A stretch of DNA of 64,000 nt from an uncultured Actinomycetota bacterium. GTDB taxonomy: Bacteria; Actinomycetota; Actinomycetes; Propionibacteriales; Nocardioidaceae. The first letter of the stretch is position 1. The number at the start of each line of letters is the position of its first letter. Location: contig CAWBRC010000001.1 of the NCBI GenBank assembly GCA_963791175.1, positions 880,063-944,062 of the forward strand, given 5' to 3'. The translations under genes and the position numbers were made by a program. Shown piece by piece: positions 49,275-60,891 of this stretch. Under the pieces are notes generated by a model. It saw only the letters and a list, made by a program, of their open reading frames with translations, was not told where the DNA came from and searched no databases.

Positions 49275-50467
49275 GTGAGGCACGTCCACGACAGCGAGCG
49301 CCGCTCCCGGCTCGCCCGGCGCCACGCGCTCGCCCCCGACCACCGCGCGGCCGATCCCGAGGCGGCGACCCGCGCGGTGACCGTGCTCCACTCCACCGAG
49401 CCGCGCGAGCGTCTACCTCTCGCTCCGGGCCCGGGTCGACGAGGTGACGGTCGCCGACGTGGACCGGGCGCTGTACGACGACCGCACGCTGGTCAAGCAG
49501 CTGGCGATGCGGCGCACGCTCTTCGTCTTCCCGCGCGACCTGCTGCCCGCGGCGTGGGGGAGCGCGTCGGCGCGGGTGGCCGAGCAGCTCGCGGCGCGGC
49601 TGGCCAAGGAGGTCGAGGCGGCCGGGCACGCGGCGGACGGCGCGGCCTGGCTCGCGGAGGCCCGGGCGGCGGTCCTCGCGGCGCTGGCCGGCGGCCGGGC
49701 GCTGACCGCCCAGGAGATCCGCGAGGCGGTGCCCGCGCTCGAGGCCCGGCTCGACCTGGCCCCCGGCAAGAAGTACGCCGCCAACGTCTCCGATCGCGCC
49801 GCGGGTGCTCACCCAGCTCGGGGTCGAGGGGCAGCTGGTCCGCGGCGAGAACGCCGGCCACTGGCGGGTCTCCAAGCCCCGCTGGACCCTGATGGCGGAC
49901 TGGCTGGGCGACGTACCGCCGGCGGCCAAGGCCGACGAGGGGTACGCCGAGCTGGTCGCGCCGCTGGCTGCGCTCCTTCGGTCCCGGCACCGAGGCCGAC
50001 CTCGTGTGGTGGCTCGGCGCGACCAAGGGCGCCGTGCGCGCGGCGCTGGCCGTCGTCGGCGCCGTCGAGGTCTCCCTCGACGGCGGGGGCACCGGCTGGG
50101 TGCTGCCCGACGACGAGCGAGCCGGCCGACGACGGTCGAGCCGTGGGCCGCGCTGCTGCCGGTGCTCGACCCGACGGTGATGGGCTGGAAGGAGCGCGGA
50201 CTTCTACCTCGGCCCGCACGCGCCGCAGCTCTTCGACACCAACGGCAACGCCGGCACCACCGCCTGGTGGGACGGCCGGGTGGTCGGCTGCTGGGTGCAG
50301 GACGACGACGGGGTCGTGGAGGTCCGGCTGCTGGAGGAGCGCCGCGCGGCCGCGCAGGCGGCGCTCAAGGCCGAGGCCGAGCGGCTGACCGCCTGGCTGG
50401 ACGGCGTACGGGTCGGCACCGTCTACCCTTCGCGGCGATGAAGGTCGTCGACTGGGTGCACGCATGA
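49275..50467 (+). CDS. AlkZ/YcaQ (HTH_42) family DNA glycosylase-like protein; several apparent frameshifts
   Basis: ERRSRLARRHAL, LHSTEP, LVKQLAMRRTLFVFP, ALLPVLDPTVMGWKER, FDTNGNAGTTAWWDGRVVGCW in changing frames. Confidence 0.78.
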
Positions 50468-51181
50468 CCCGAGAACAGCCCAAGCAGGCGCCGCCGCCGG
50501 TCCAGCGGCTGCGGGTCCGCTACGCCAAGCGCGGCCGGCTGCGCTTCACCAGCCACCGCGACTTCAGCCGGGCCTTCGAGCGGGCGGTGTTCCGGGCCCG
50601 GCTGCCGATGGCCTACTCCTCGGGCTTCAACCCGCACCCGCGGATCTCGTACGCCGGCGCCTCGCCGACCGGTTCGGCGAGCGAGGCGGAGTACCTCGAG
50701 ATCGCGCTGGCCGAGGTGGTCGACCCGGCCGCGGTGCACGCCGCGCTCGACGAGGCGCTGCCCGACGGGCTGGACGTGGTCGAGGTGGTCGAGTCGCCCG
50801 GTGGTGGGTCTCGCCGACCTGCTGCAGGCCAGCCGCTGGCAGATCGACCTCCGCCGGCCCGTCGACGCGGCCGCCTCGGCGGTGGCCGCGTTCCTGGCGA
50901 CCGAGGCGGTGCCGGTCCAGCGGATGACCAAGAAGGGGCTGCGCGAGTTCGACTGCCGGGCCGCGGTGCTCGGCCTGACCGTCGACGCCGCGTCGACGAG
51001 GGCGCCCGCCTCGACCTGGTGCTGCGACACGCCGTAGCCGGCCGTCCGGCCCGACGACGTGCTCTCCGGACTGGCCGCGGTGGGCGGGCTCGAGCTGGTC
51101 GGCGTACCCGCTGCTGACCCGGCTGGCCCAGGGGCCCTCGACGAGGCGACCGGCGAGATCGGCGACCCGCTCCGGCCCTAG
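50464..51181 (+). CDS. TIGR03936 (DUF2344) radical SAM-associated protein; apparent frameshifts
   Basis: RLRVRYAKRGRLRFTSHRDFSRAFERA...AYSSGFNPHPRISY...SEAEYLE; VQRMTKKGLREFD in another frame. Confidence 0.88.
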
Positions 51182-51497
51182 GGCACGCCCTCGCCCTCAG
51201 CAGACTCGCCGGTGAAATGAGTTGCTCACGGGGCGGCTGTGCGATACTCGCCACAGGTCGACCACGTCGACCCGACGACCTTCTCATGAGCGAGGCTCGT
51301 CGTCGCCAGACCGCGACGCGGCCGGCCGGTCGGTGACAGCGACCAGAGCCAGGCCCGGCGACCGCGGCAGGGGTCGGCCGGCGCCCGGTGTGACACCACG
51401 GAGGGTGTCGTCGCCACCGAAGGCTTGACGCCGCGCGCCCGGAGTACCGGGTGACGGCGTCGACCACCCGGCGCGCAGCCGGGTCGAGGAGCAGTAC

Positions 51498-54484
51498 ATG
51501 CCCGACGACGAGACCACCACTTCGCCGGAAGCCACGACGGACGCCTCGACCGGCGCCGCCGGCCAGTCGGACACCACGGCGGAGGCGGCACCGGCGAAGA
51601 AGGCCACGGCCAAGAAGGCCGCCGCGAAGAAGCCGCCGCCAAGAAGGCTGCCGGCGAAGAAGGCGGCCGCGAAGAAGACGCACCGCCAAGAAGACGACCA
51701 CCCGGAAGACGGCGGCCAAGAAGGCCGCCTCGGACGACGCGCCCGACGCGGAGCCGCAGGCCGCCCCCGCGCAGGAGCCGGCCGCCACCGCGGTGCTCTT
51801 CCAGGTTCCCGACGCCGTCGAGAAGCCCAAGAAGACGGCGACCAAGAAGGCCGCGGCCAAGAAGCAGGCCGCCGCCTGACGCCCCGGCCGCCGACGAGGC
51901 GGCTCCGGAGCAGCCGGCCGACGGCGAGGCGACCGTCGAGAAGCCGGCCCGGAAGACCGCGAAGAAGTCGGCCAGGAAGACCGCCAAGAAGACGGCCGCA
52001 GAAGACGGCCCAGAAGACGGCCCAGAAGGACGCCACCGACCGAGGAGCCGGCCGCCGAGGAGCCCACCGCGGCGGAGCCCCAGGACCAGCCGGAGACCGA
52101 CGGACGGCGAGCAGGGCGACGGCGACGGGCCCGGTACCGCTCGCCGGCGCCGCCGCCGCGGTGGCCGCCGCCGCCGCAAGTCCGGTGACGGCGACGCGAC
52201 GGTGCCGACGGCGACACCTCCGACGGACGACGACGAGTCCGACGCGGGCCGACGGCCGACGACGACGAGTCCGGGCGACGGCTCGTCGCGCCGCCGCCGG
52301 CGCCGCCGCCGGGCCGGTGACGAGGGCGGCCGGCAGCGCCGACGACCCGGAGAACACCGTCACCCGGGTCCGCCGCCGGCCGCTCCGCCGAGGACGAGAT
52401 CACCGCGGTCTCCGGCTCGACCCGGCTCGAGGCCAAGAAGCAGCGCCGCCGCGAGGGCCGCGAGGCCGGCCGCCGCCGCGCCCCGATCGTGAGCGAGGCC
52501 GAGTTCCTGGCCCGCCGCGAGTCGGTCGACCGGGTCATGGTGATCCGCCAGCGCGACGAGCTCACCCAGATCGGCGTGCTCGAGGACAAGGTCCTCGTCG
52601 AGCACTACGTCGCCCGCGAGTCGCAGACCTCGCTGATCGGCAACGTCTACCTCGGCCGGGTCCAGAACGTGCTGCCCTCCATGGAGGCGGCGTTCATCGA
52701 CATCGGCAAGGGCCGCAACGCGGTCCTCTACGCCGGCGAGGTCAACTGGTCGGCGCTCGGCCACAAGGACGGCCAGGCCCGCAAGATCGAGTCGGTGCTC
52801 TCCTCCGGCCAGTCGGTGCTGGTGCAGGTCACCAAGGACCCGATCGGCCACAAGGGCGCCCGGCTCACCAGCCAGATCAGCCTGGCCGGCCGGTTCCTGG
52901 TCTACGTGCCCGACGGCACCACCAGCGGCATCTCGCGCAAGCTGCCCGACACCGAGCGCAACCGCCTCAAGACGCTGCTCAAGGAGATCGTCCCCGACAC
53001 CGCCGGCGTCATCGTGCGCACCGCGGCCGAGGGCGCCAGCGAGGACGAGCTGACCCGCGACGTCGAGCGGCTCAAGGCCCGCTGGGAGGACATCGAGAAG
53101 AAGTCCAAGGGCAGCGCCCCGCAGCTGCTGTACGGCGAGCCGGACCTGACCCTCAAGGTCGTCCGCGACCTGTTCACCGAGGACTTCAGCAAGCTCGTCA
53201 TCCAGGGCGACGACGCCTGGGAGACCGTGCAGGACTACGTCGCAGCACGTCGCGCCGGACCTCGAGGAGCGGCTCGAGCGTACGACGCCGACGAGCACGG
53301 CGGCACGGACGTGTTCGCGACGTACCGCATCGACGAGCAGATCGCCAAGGGCCTCGACCGCAAGGTCTGGCTGCCCTCGGGCGGCTCGCTGATCATCGAC
53401 CGCACCGAGGCGATGACGGTCGTCGACGTCAACACCGGCAAGTTCACCGGCTCCGGGCGGCAACCTCGAGGAGACCGTCACCAAGAACAACCTGGAGGCG
53501 GCCGAGGAGATCGTCCGCCAGCTCCGGCTGCGCGACATCGGCGGCATCATCGTCGTCGACTTCATCGACATGGTGCTCGAGTCCAACCGCGACCTGGTGC
53601 TGCGTCGCCTGGTCGAGTGCCTGGGCCGCGACCGGACCCGCCACCAGGTCGCCGAGGTCACCTCGCTCGGCCTGGTGCAGATGACCCGCAAGCGGATCGG
53701 CACCGGCCTGGTCGAGGCGTTCAGCGAGAACTGCGACGCACTGCCAGGGCCGCGGGGCTGATCGTCCACGAGCACCCGGTCGAGCCGAAGCGCGCCGACG
53801 ACGAGGGCGGACGCGGTCGCGGCACCGGCCGGCGCAGCCGCGGTGGCCGCGGTCGTGGCGCGGGCGGCGACGGCACCGGCAACGGCAACGGCAGCGGCAA
53901 CGGGAACGGGAACGGCGGCGGCAAGGCGCCGTCGCCGCAGCGACGTCGCCGCGATGGCGCGACCGCCGGCCGAGGACCAGCAGGTCGACGAGGCCGCCGA
54001 GGACCTGGCCGAGGACCTGGCCGAGGACCAGGCCGGGCACGACGATCGAGGACCAGCTCGACGACCTGGTCGCCGAGTCGACCGAGACCGTCGAGCCGAC
54101 CGAGGAGGCCGAGGTCGTGGAGGTCGTGGCAGGTCGCCGAGGTCGCCGAGCCCGAGTCGCCGGAGCCTGCGCAGGAGCCCGAGGCCGCCGCCGAGCCGGA
54201 ACCGGAGCCGGAGCCGGAGAAGCCCACGGTGGTCACCCGGACCCGGCGCCGCAGCGCCAGTCGCCCGGCCGGCCCGCCCGCCGGACCCCCCATGGACGAG
54301 GCACCTACCGCCATCGGCACCGACCGCGACGGATCGGTCGGAGCGCCCGCCGGCCGACGGGGTCGTCGAGCCCGGCACGGCGGACGCCGCGGACCCCGGC
54401 ACCGGCACGCCGGGGGAGGAGCCGGCCGCCGCGCCCCACGTCGAGCACGTCCCGATCAAGAAGAAGGGCTCGCGCAAGCGCTGA
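51498..54484 (+). CDS. rne: Ribonuclease E/G; several apparent frameshifts
   Basis: [70 protein letters not shown]; ends [12 protein letters not shown]. Confidence 0.92.
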
Positions 54485-54502
54485 CCGGCCCGCGGCGAGG
54501 TT

Positions 54503-54531
54503 TTGCCGCCCACCCCGTGGATCCGTAGTAT
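54503..54531 (+). promoter_or_regulatory. Housekeeping-sigma promoter of rplU-rpmA
   Basis: TTGCCG-N17-TAGTAT. Confidence 0.6.
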
Positions 54532-54632
54532 TGACCCTCGGTGCGCGCTCTGGCGCGCCCGCGTCTGTGCGGCGCCGCCCACGGCGCGCGCCCCAGACCC
54601 AGACATCCCACGAACCGACGAAGGAGACCGCG

Positions 54633-54941
54633 GTGTACGCGATCGTGCGCGCAGGCGCCAAGCAGCAGAAGGTTGCCGTCGGCGACGTCATCGAGATCGA
54701 CAAGGTCTCGACCGGCGTCGGCGAGACGGTCACGCTGCCCGTCGTCCTCGTCGTCGACGGCGAGACCGTCACCTCCGACGCCAAGGCGCTCGACAAGGCG
54801 TCCGTGACCGTCGAGGTCCTCGGCGCCACCAAGGGCCCCAAGATCATCATCCAGAAGTACAAGAACAAGACCGGCTACAAGAAGCGCCAGGGTCACCGCC
54901 AGAAGTACACCCAGGTCAAGGTCACCGACATCTCGGCCTGA
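54633..54941 (+). CDS. rplU: 50S ribosomal protein L21
   Basis: [17 protein letters not shown]...[19 protein letters not shown]; AAGGAG ribosome-binding site. Confidence 0.97.
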   Translation: MYAIVRAGAKQQKVAVGDVIEIDKVSTGVGETVTLPVVLVVDGETVTSDAKALDKASVTVEVLGATKGPKIIIQKYKNKTGYKKRQGHRQKYTQVKVTDISA

Positions 54942-54973
54942 GCGCGCCGACCCTGACCACGGAGGACACAGAC

Positions 54974-55227
54974 ATGGCACACAAGAAGGGCGCGGCGTCC
55001 ACCAAGAACGGCCGCGACTCGAACTCCCAGCGCCTCGGCGTGAAGCGCTACGGCGGCCAGGTCGTCAACGCCGGCGAGATCATCGTGCGCCAGCGCGGCA
55101 CCCACTTCCACCCGGGCGCCGGCGTCGGCCGCGGCGGCGACGACACCCTGTTCGCGCTGTCGCCGGCGCCGTCGAGTTCGGCACCCGTCGCGGTCGCCGC
55201 GTCGTGAACATCGTCCCGGGCGAGTGA
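54974..55227 (+). CDS. rpmA: 50S ribosomal protein L27; apparent frameshift near 55160
   Basis: [28 protein letters not shown]...[10 protein letters not shown]...DDTLFAL, continuing [20 protein letters not shown] in another frame. Confidence 0.95.
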
Positions 55228-55254
55228 CCTGACGCTCGTCCCACACGCTCATCG

Positions 55255-55288
55255 ACGAAGGGCGTCCCGGTGCCGGGGCGCCCTTCGT
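55255..55288 (+). terminator. Intrinsic terminator-like hairpin after rpmA
   Basis: acgaagggcgtccc-ggtgcc-ggggcgcccttcgt followed by gattt. Confidence 0.7.
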
Positions 55289-55363
55289 GATTTCGAACCC
55301 GCCGGGCGGCGCCTGTCCACAGCTCACAGTTCAAGCCGCACCGCAACCGCGAGGAGACCACCC

Positions 55364-56955
55364 ATGGCCGTCCCCACCTTCGTCGACCGGGTGACGCTGC
55401 ACGTCAGCGCCGGCCGCGGCGGCAACGGCGTGGCCTCGGTGCACCGCGAGAAGTTCAAGCCGCTCGGCGGCCCCGACGGCGGCAACGGCGGCCCCGGCGG
55501 CTCGGTGATCCTGCGGGTCGACCCCGACGTCACCACGCTGCTCGACTACCACCACAGCCCGAAGCGCAGCGCCGAGTACGGCGGCCACGGGGCGGGCGAC
55601 CACCAGAACGGCGGCCACGGCTCCGACCTGGTGCTCCCGGTCCCCGACGGCACCGTGGTCACCGACCGGCAGGGCGACGTGCTGGCCGACCTGGTCGGCC
55701 CCGGCACCGAGCTGGTGGTCGCCCAGGGCGGCCGCGGCGGCCTCGGCAACGCCGCGCTGGCCTCCTCCAAGCGCAAGGCGCCCGGCTTCGCGCTGCTCGG
55801 CGAGCCCGGCGACGAGCTCGAGATCGTGCTCGAGCTCAAGGTCGTCGCCGACATCGGCCTGGTCGGCTTCCCGAGCGCCGGCAAGTCCAGCCTGATCGCC
55901 GCGATCTCGCGGGCCCGGCCCAAGATCGCCGACTACCCGTTCACCACCCTGGTGCCCAACCTCGGCGTGGTCACCGCCGGCGACACGACGTTCACCGTCG
56001 CCGACGTGCCCGGCCTGATCGAGGGCGCCAGCGACGGCCGCGGCCTCGGCCACGACTTCCTGCGCCACATCGAGCGCTGCGCGGCGCTGGTGCACGTCGT
56101 CGACACCGCCAGCATGGAGCCCGGCCGCAACCCGGTCGACGACCTCGACGTCATCGAGAACGAGCTGTCCCGGTACGGCGGCCTCGAGGACCGGCCCCGG
56201 CTGGTGGCGCTCAACAAGATCGACGTGCCCGACGGCCGCGACATCGCCGACTTCGTCGTCGACGAGCTGCGCGAGCGCGGCCTGACGGTCTTCCCGGTCT
56301 CGCGCCGCCTCGGGGGAGGGGATGCGCGAGCTGACCTTCGCGATGGCCGAGATCGTCGCGGCGGCCCGCGCCGCGAGGCCGGTGGTCGAGGCCACCCGGA
56401 TCGTGCTCCGCCCGCCGTCGGCCGACGGCAGCGACGAGTTCACGGTCACCGCGACCGACGACGGCTGGCGGGTGCGCGGCGAGAAGCCCGAGCGCTGGGT
56501 CCGGCAGACCGACTTCAGCAACGACGAGGCCGTCGGCTTCCTCGCCGACCGGCTCAACCGGCTCGGCGTCGAGACCCGGCTGGTCGAGCTGGGCGCCCAG
56601 GAGGGCGACGCCGTGCTCATCGGCCACCCCGACAACGCGGTGGTCTTCGACTTCAAGCCCGGCATCGACGCCGGCGCCGAGATCCTCAGCCGCCGCGGCG
56701 AGGACCAGCGCTTCGACGAGAAGCGCCCGGCCGCCCAGCGCCGCCGGGCGATCGACGAGGCGCATGGACGACCGCGGCCGAGGGCGAGACCCGCGCCGAC
56801 GTCGCCCGCCGCTTCGACCAGGCACGCGCGAGCGACGGGCGCCGGCCGGACCCACGTCGTACGAGATCGGCTCCGAGGACGACCCGGATGCAGTCCAGGA
56901 CCGAGGTCACCGACGCCCGCCGGGTCGTGGTCAAGGTCGGGTCGTCGTCGCCTGA
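55364..56955 (+). CDS. obgE: GTPase ObgE; apparent frameshifts, 3' end uncertain
   Basis: [46 protein letters not shown]; C-terminal domain [20 protein letters not shown] in the next frame. Confidence 0.93.
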
Positions 56956-58005
56956 CCACGGCCGCCGGCGGCATCGACCCGGGTCGGGTCCGGCACCTGG
57001 TCGACGTGCTCGCGGCCACCCGCGCCCGGCGGGGCCGAGGTCGTGCTGGTCTCCTCCGGCGCGATCGCCGCCGGGCTCGCCCCGCTCGGGCTGAAGCGCC
57101 GGCCCCGGGCGCTGGCCGCCCAGCAGGCCGCCGCGTCGGTCGGCCAGGGGCTGCTGGTGCACCGCTACACCGAGGAGCTGGCCCGGCACGGCGTCATCGC
57201 CGGCCAGGTGCTGCTCACCGTCGACGACGTCACCCGGCGCTCGCACTACCGCAACGCCTACCAGACCTTCGCCAAGCTGCTCGAGCTCGGCGTGCTGCCG
57301 ATCGTCAACGAGAACGACACGGTCGCCACCACCGAGATCCGGTTCGGCGACAACGACCGGCTCGCCGCGCTGGTCGCCCACCTGGTGCACGCCGACCTGC
57401 TGGTGCTGCTCTCCGACGTCGACGGGCTGTACGACGCCGACCCGGCCGCGCCGGGCAGCACGCTGCTGCCCGAGGTCCGCGACCCGGCCGACCTCGCCGA
57501 CGTGCAGGTCGGCAAGACCGGCGCGGCCGGCCTCGGCACCGGCGGCATGCAGACCAAGGTCGAGGCCGCCCGGATCGCCACCGGCGCCGGCATCCCGGTG
57601 GTGCTCACCGCCGCGGACCGGGCGGCCGACGCGCTCGCCGGCGCGCCGGTCGGCACGCTGTTCCACGCCACCGGCCGGCGCCGCCCCACCCGGCTGCTCT
57701 GGCTGGCGCACGCGACCGAGCCGAAGGGCACGCTGGTGCTCGACGCCGGCGCCGTCGCCGCGGTGATCGAGCGCCGGGCCTCGCTGCTGGCGGCCGGCGT
57801 CACCGGCGTCCGCGGCACCTTCGTCGCCGGCGACCCGGTCGACCTCGTCGGCCCCGACGGCGTCGCCGTCGCCCGCGGCCTGGTGAACTTCGACGCCGAG
57901 GAGCTGCCCGCGCTGCTCGGCCGCTCCTCGCACGACCTCAAGCGCGAGCTGGGCGCGGCGTACGAGCGCGAGGTCGTGCACCGCGACGACCTCGTCCTGC
58001 TCTGA
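56888..58005 (+). CDS. proB: Glutamate 5-kinase; apparent frameshifts near the 5' end
   Basis: [26 protein letters not shown]...[20 protein letters not shown] domain ending VHRDDLVLL. Confidence 0.93.
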
Positions 58006-58962
58006 TGCGGCTGGTCCTCTGGCTCTGCGCGGCTGTGCTCGCGGCTCCCGCGCTGCTCCTGACCCTGGCCCGGGTCGTCGACAGCGACAACGGGTCGCTG
58101 ATCCGCATCGAGGCGTTCACCCCGCTGGCGATCCCGCTGTACGCCGCGCTCGTCGTGCTGCTGGCCCTCGGCGCCGCCCGCCGGCCCGGCGGGCGGCGGC
58201 CCCTGGTGGTCGCGACCGTGCTGGCGCTGGCCGGCCTCCTCCTGCACGGGTGGTGGTTCGCGCCTCAGGTCGTCGGCGACCAGCCGCGGCCGGCCGAGGG
58301 GGCGGCGCGGATCACCGTGATGAACGCGAACCTCTTCCAGGGCCGCGCCGAGGCGCAGGACGTCGTGGACGCGGTGCGCGAGAACGACGTGGACGTCCTC
58401 GTGCTCGAGGAGACCACGCCCGGGCTGCTCGCGGAGATGGACCACCTCGGCCTGGCCGACCTGCTGCCCGAGCGGGTCGGGCAGCCCGACGAGCTGGTCG
58501 CGGGGACGATGATCCTGGCCGACCAGCCGCTCACCGGCGACGTCCGGCTGCCGCACCACGTTCGAGGGCTGGCAGGCGGCGTACGGCGGGCTGACGGTGT
58601 TCGGCGTGCACCCGGTCGCGCCCACGGAGCCCGACCTGTGGGCGGCGGACCATCGCGCGATCCTCGCCCAGGCGGTGGCCTCGGACGCCGACCTGGTGGT
58701 GGGCGACCTCAACGCCACCGCCGACCACGACGTGATGCGCGAGCTCGACGCCGCCGGATTCCGCGACGCGGGCGAGGAGGCCAACGAGGGGTGGCAGCCG
58801 ACCTGGCCGGCGAACCACGTCGGTGTCTTCCCCTTGCTGCCGCCGTTGGTGAGGATCGACCACGTGCTCATCGGTGACTCGCTGGCCTCGCTCGGCACCA
58901 GGACCGTCGACATCGACGGCACGGACCACCTGGCGGTCGTCGCGACGGTGGCCCGACGGTGA
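58005..58962 (+). CDS. Endonuclease/exonuclease/phosphatase family membrane protein; apparent frameshift near 58555
   Basis: Transmembrane N-terminus; VMNANL, DVLVLEE, VGDLNAT, PTWP, RIDHVL, TDHLAV. Confidence 0.85.
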
Positions 58963-59603
58963 ACCGCACCGACAGCCCCGAGGCGGAGGACGCCGAGTTC
59001 CTGCGCTGGTACGGCGTCTGGGCCCCGCTCGACCCAGCCGGGCTGGCCGCGCTGATGGCCGGCTTCGACCGGCCCTGGTGGGTCGTGGGCGGCTGGTCGC
59101 TCGAGGCGTTCACCGGTGTGCACCGCGAGCACGAGGACATCGACCTGTCGTTCCTGACCCGCGACGTCCCCGCGTTCCGTGCGCACCTCGGGACCGACTG
59201 GACACCGTGGAGCAACGACGGCGGGACGCTGCGCCCGCTGAGCGACCGCTGGCCCGAGACGCCGCACCCCGACAGCCAGATCTGGGTTCGCCGCGACGCC
59301 GTCTCGCCGTGGGTGCTCGACGCACCCATCACCCCGGATGCGGACGGTCTCTGGACCAACAAGCGGTGGGCTGCGCACGTGTGCCCGGTGGAGGAGGCGA
59401 CCTGGGTCGCCGACGACGGCATCCGCTACCTGCGCCCCGAGATCGCCCTGCACTTCAAGGCGCGGCAGCGACGCGAGAAGGACGTCCGTGACCTCGACGC
59501 TGCCTGGCCGCTGCTCTCCGAGGAACGGCGCCGCTGGCTGCTGACCGCGATCGAGGAGACCGAGGGATCGGACCACCCGTGGCTGGCGCGCGGGGCCGTC
59601 TGA
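58959..59603 (+). CDS. Nucleotidyltransferase domain protein (aminoglycoside-2''-adenylyltransferase-like)
   Basis: PWWVVGGWSLEAFTGVHREHEDIDL...YLRPEIALHFKA...KDVRD. Confidence 0.75.
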   Translation: MNRTDSPEAEDAEFLRWYGVWAPLDPAGLAALMAGFDRPWWVVGGWSLEAFTGVHREHEDIDLSFLTRDVPAFRAHLGTDWTPWSNDGGTLRPLSDRWPETPHPDSQIWVRRDAVSPWVLDAPITPDADGLWTNKRWAAHVCPVEEATWVADDGIRYLRPEIALHFKARQRREKDVRDLDAAWPLLSEERRRWLLTAIEETEGSDHPWLARGAV

Positions 59604-59685
59604 GGTGGCGTCCGGGAGATCTGAGGTAGCGGGCGGGTTCGGCGGTGTCCGGAACCTGACGGGCGGGCCGTACGCTGGGAAGGCT

Positions 59686-60884
59686 ATGCACCCTGCCCAG
59701 CGCACCGTCTACCTCGACCACGCCGCCACCACGCCGATGGTGCCGGCGGCCGTCGAGGCGATGACGAAGCACCTGCTCGAGGTCGGCAACCCCAGCTCGC
59801 TGCACGCGTCCGGTCGGCACGCCCGGCGGGTGGTGGAGGAGTCGCGGGAGACCATCGCGCAGGCGCTCGGCTGCCGGCCCGGCGAGGTGGTGTTCACCTC
59901 CGGCGGCACGGAGGCCGACAACCTCGCGGTCAAGGGCATCCACTGGGCCCGGCTGGCGCAGGACCCGCGGCGTACCCGCGTGCTGGCCAGCGCGATCGAG
60001 CACCACGCCGTGCTCGACCCGCTCGACTGGCTCCGCGACGCAGAGGGCGCCGAGCTCGAGCTGCTGCCGGTCGACGACAAGGGCCGGCTGGTCGTCGCCG
60101 CGCTCCGCGAGGCCATCGAGCGGGACCCCGCGTCGGTCTCGCTCGTCTCGGTGATGTGGGCCAACAACGAGGTCGGCACGCTGCAGCCGGTCGACGAGGT
60201 CGTCGCGATCGCCAGCCGAGCACGGCATCCCCGTCCACACCGACGCCGTCCAGGCGGTCGGCGCCGTGCCGGTCGACTTCGCGACCAGCGGCGTCGACGC
60301 CCTCACCCTCACCGCCCACAAGGTCGGCGGCCCCTACGGCGTCGGTGCACTCGTCGTGCGCCGCGAGGTCGAGGTGACCGCACTGGTGCACGGCGGCGGC
60401 CAGGAGCGCGACATCCGCAGCGGCACCATCGACACCCCGGCGATCGCCGGGTTCGCTGCTGCGGTCGAGCTCGCGGTCAAGGAGCAGGCCGAGCTACGCC
60501 ACCCGGGTCGGCGCCCTGCGCGACGACCTCGTCCGACGGGTCATCGACGTGGTCCCCGACGCGCACCTGCACGGCGATGCGCTCGACCCGCTCGGTGCGC
60601 ACCGGCTGCCCGGCAACGCGCACCTCGGGTTCCCCGGCTGCGAGGGCGACTCGCTGCTGATGCTGCTCGACGCCAACGGCATCGAGTGCTCGACGGGCTC
60701 GGCCTGCTCGGCCGGCGTACCGCAGCCCTCGCACGTGCTGCTCGCGATGGGCTGCGACGAGGTGCAGGCCAGGCACTCGCTGCGGTTCTCGCTCGGCCAC
60801 ACCTCGACCCAGGCCGACGTCGACGCCGTCGTCGAGGCGATCGGGCCGGCGGTCGAACGGGCCCGGGCGACGCGGGCGCGGTGA
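59686..60884 (+). CDS. iscS: Cysteine desulfurase; apparent frameshifts near 60215 and 60490
   Basis: [41 protein letters not shown]; adjacent to mnmA. Confidence 0.9.
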
Positions 60885-60891
60885 CCCGGGC

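Noticed and set aside
55313-55322. DnaA-box-like CTGTCCACA before obgE as a replication origin signal
   Set aside because: Single imperfect box with no cluster, no AT-rich unwinding region and no dnaA/dnaN nearby
58959-59603. Aminoglycoside resistance gene
   Set aside because: Only the nucleotidyltransferase fold is recognisable; chromosomal context, no mobile features and no evidence of substrate
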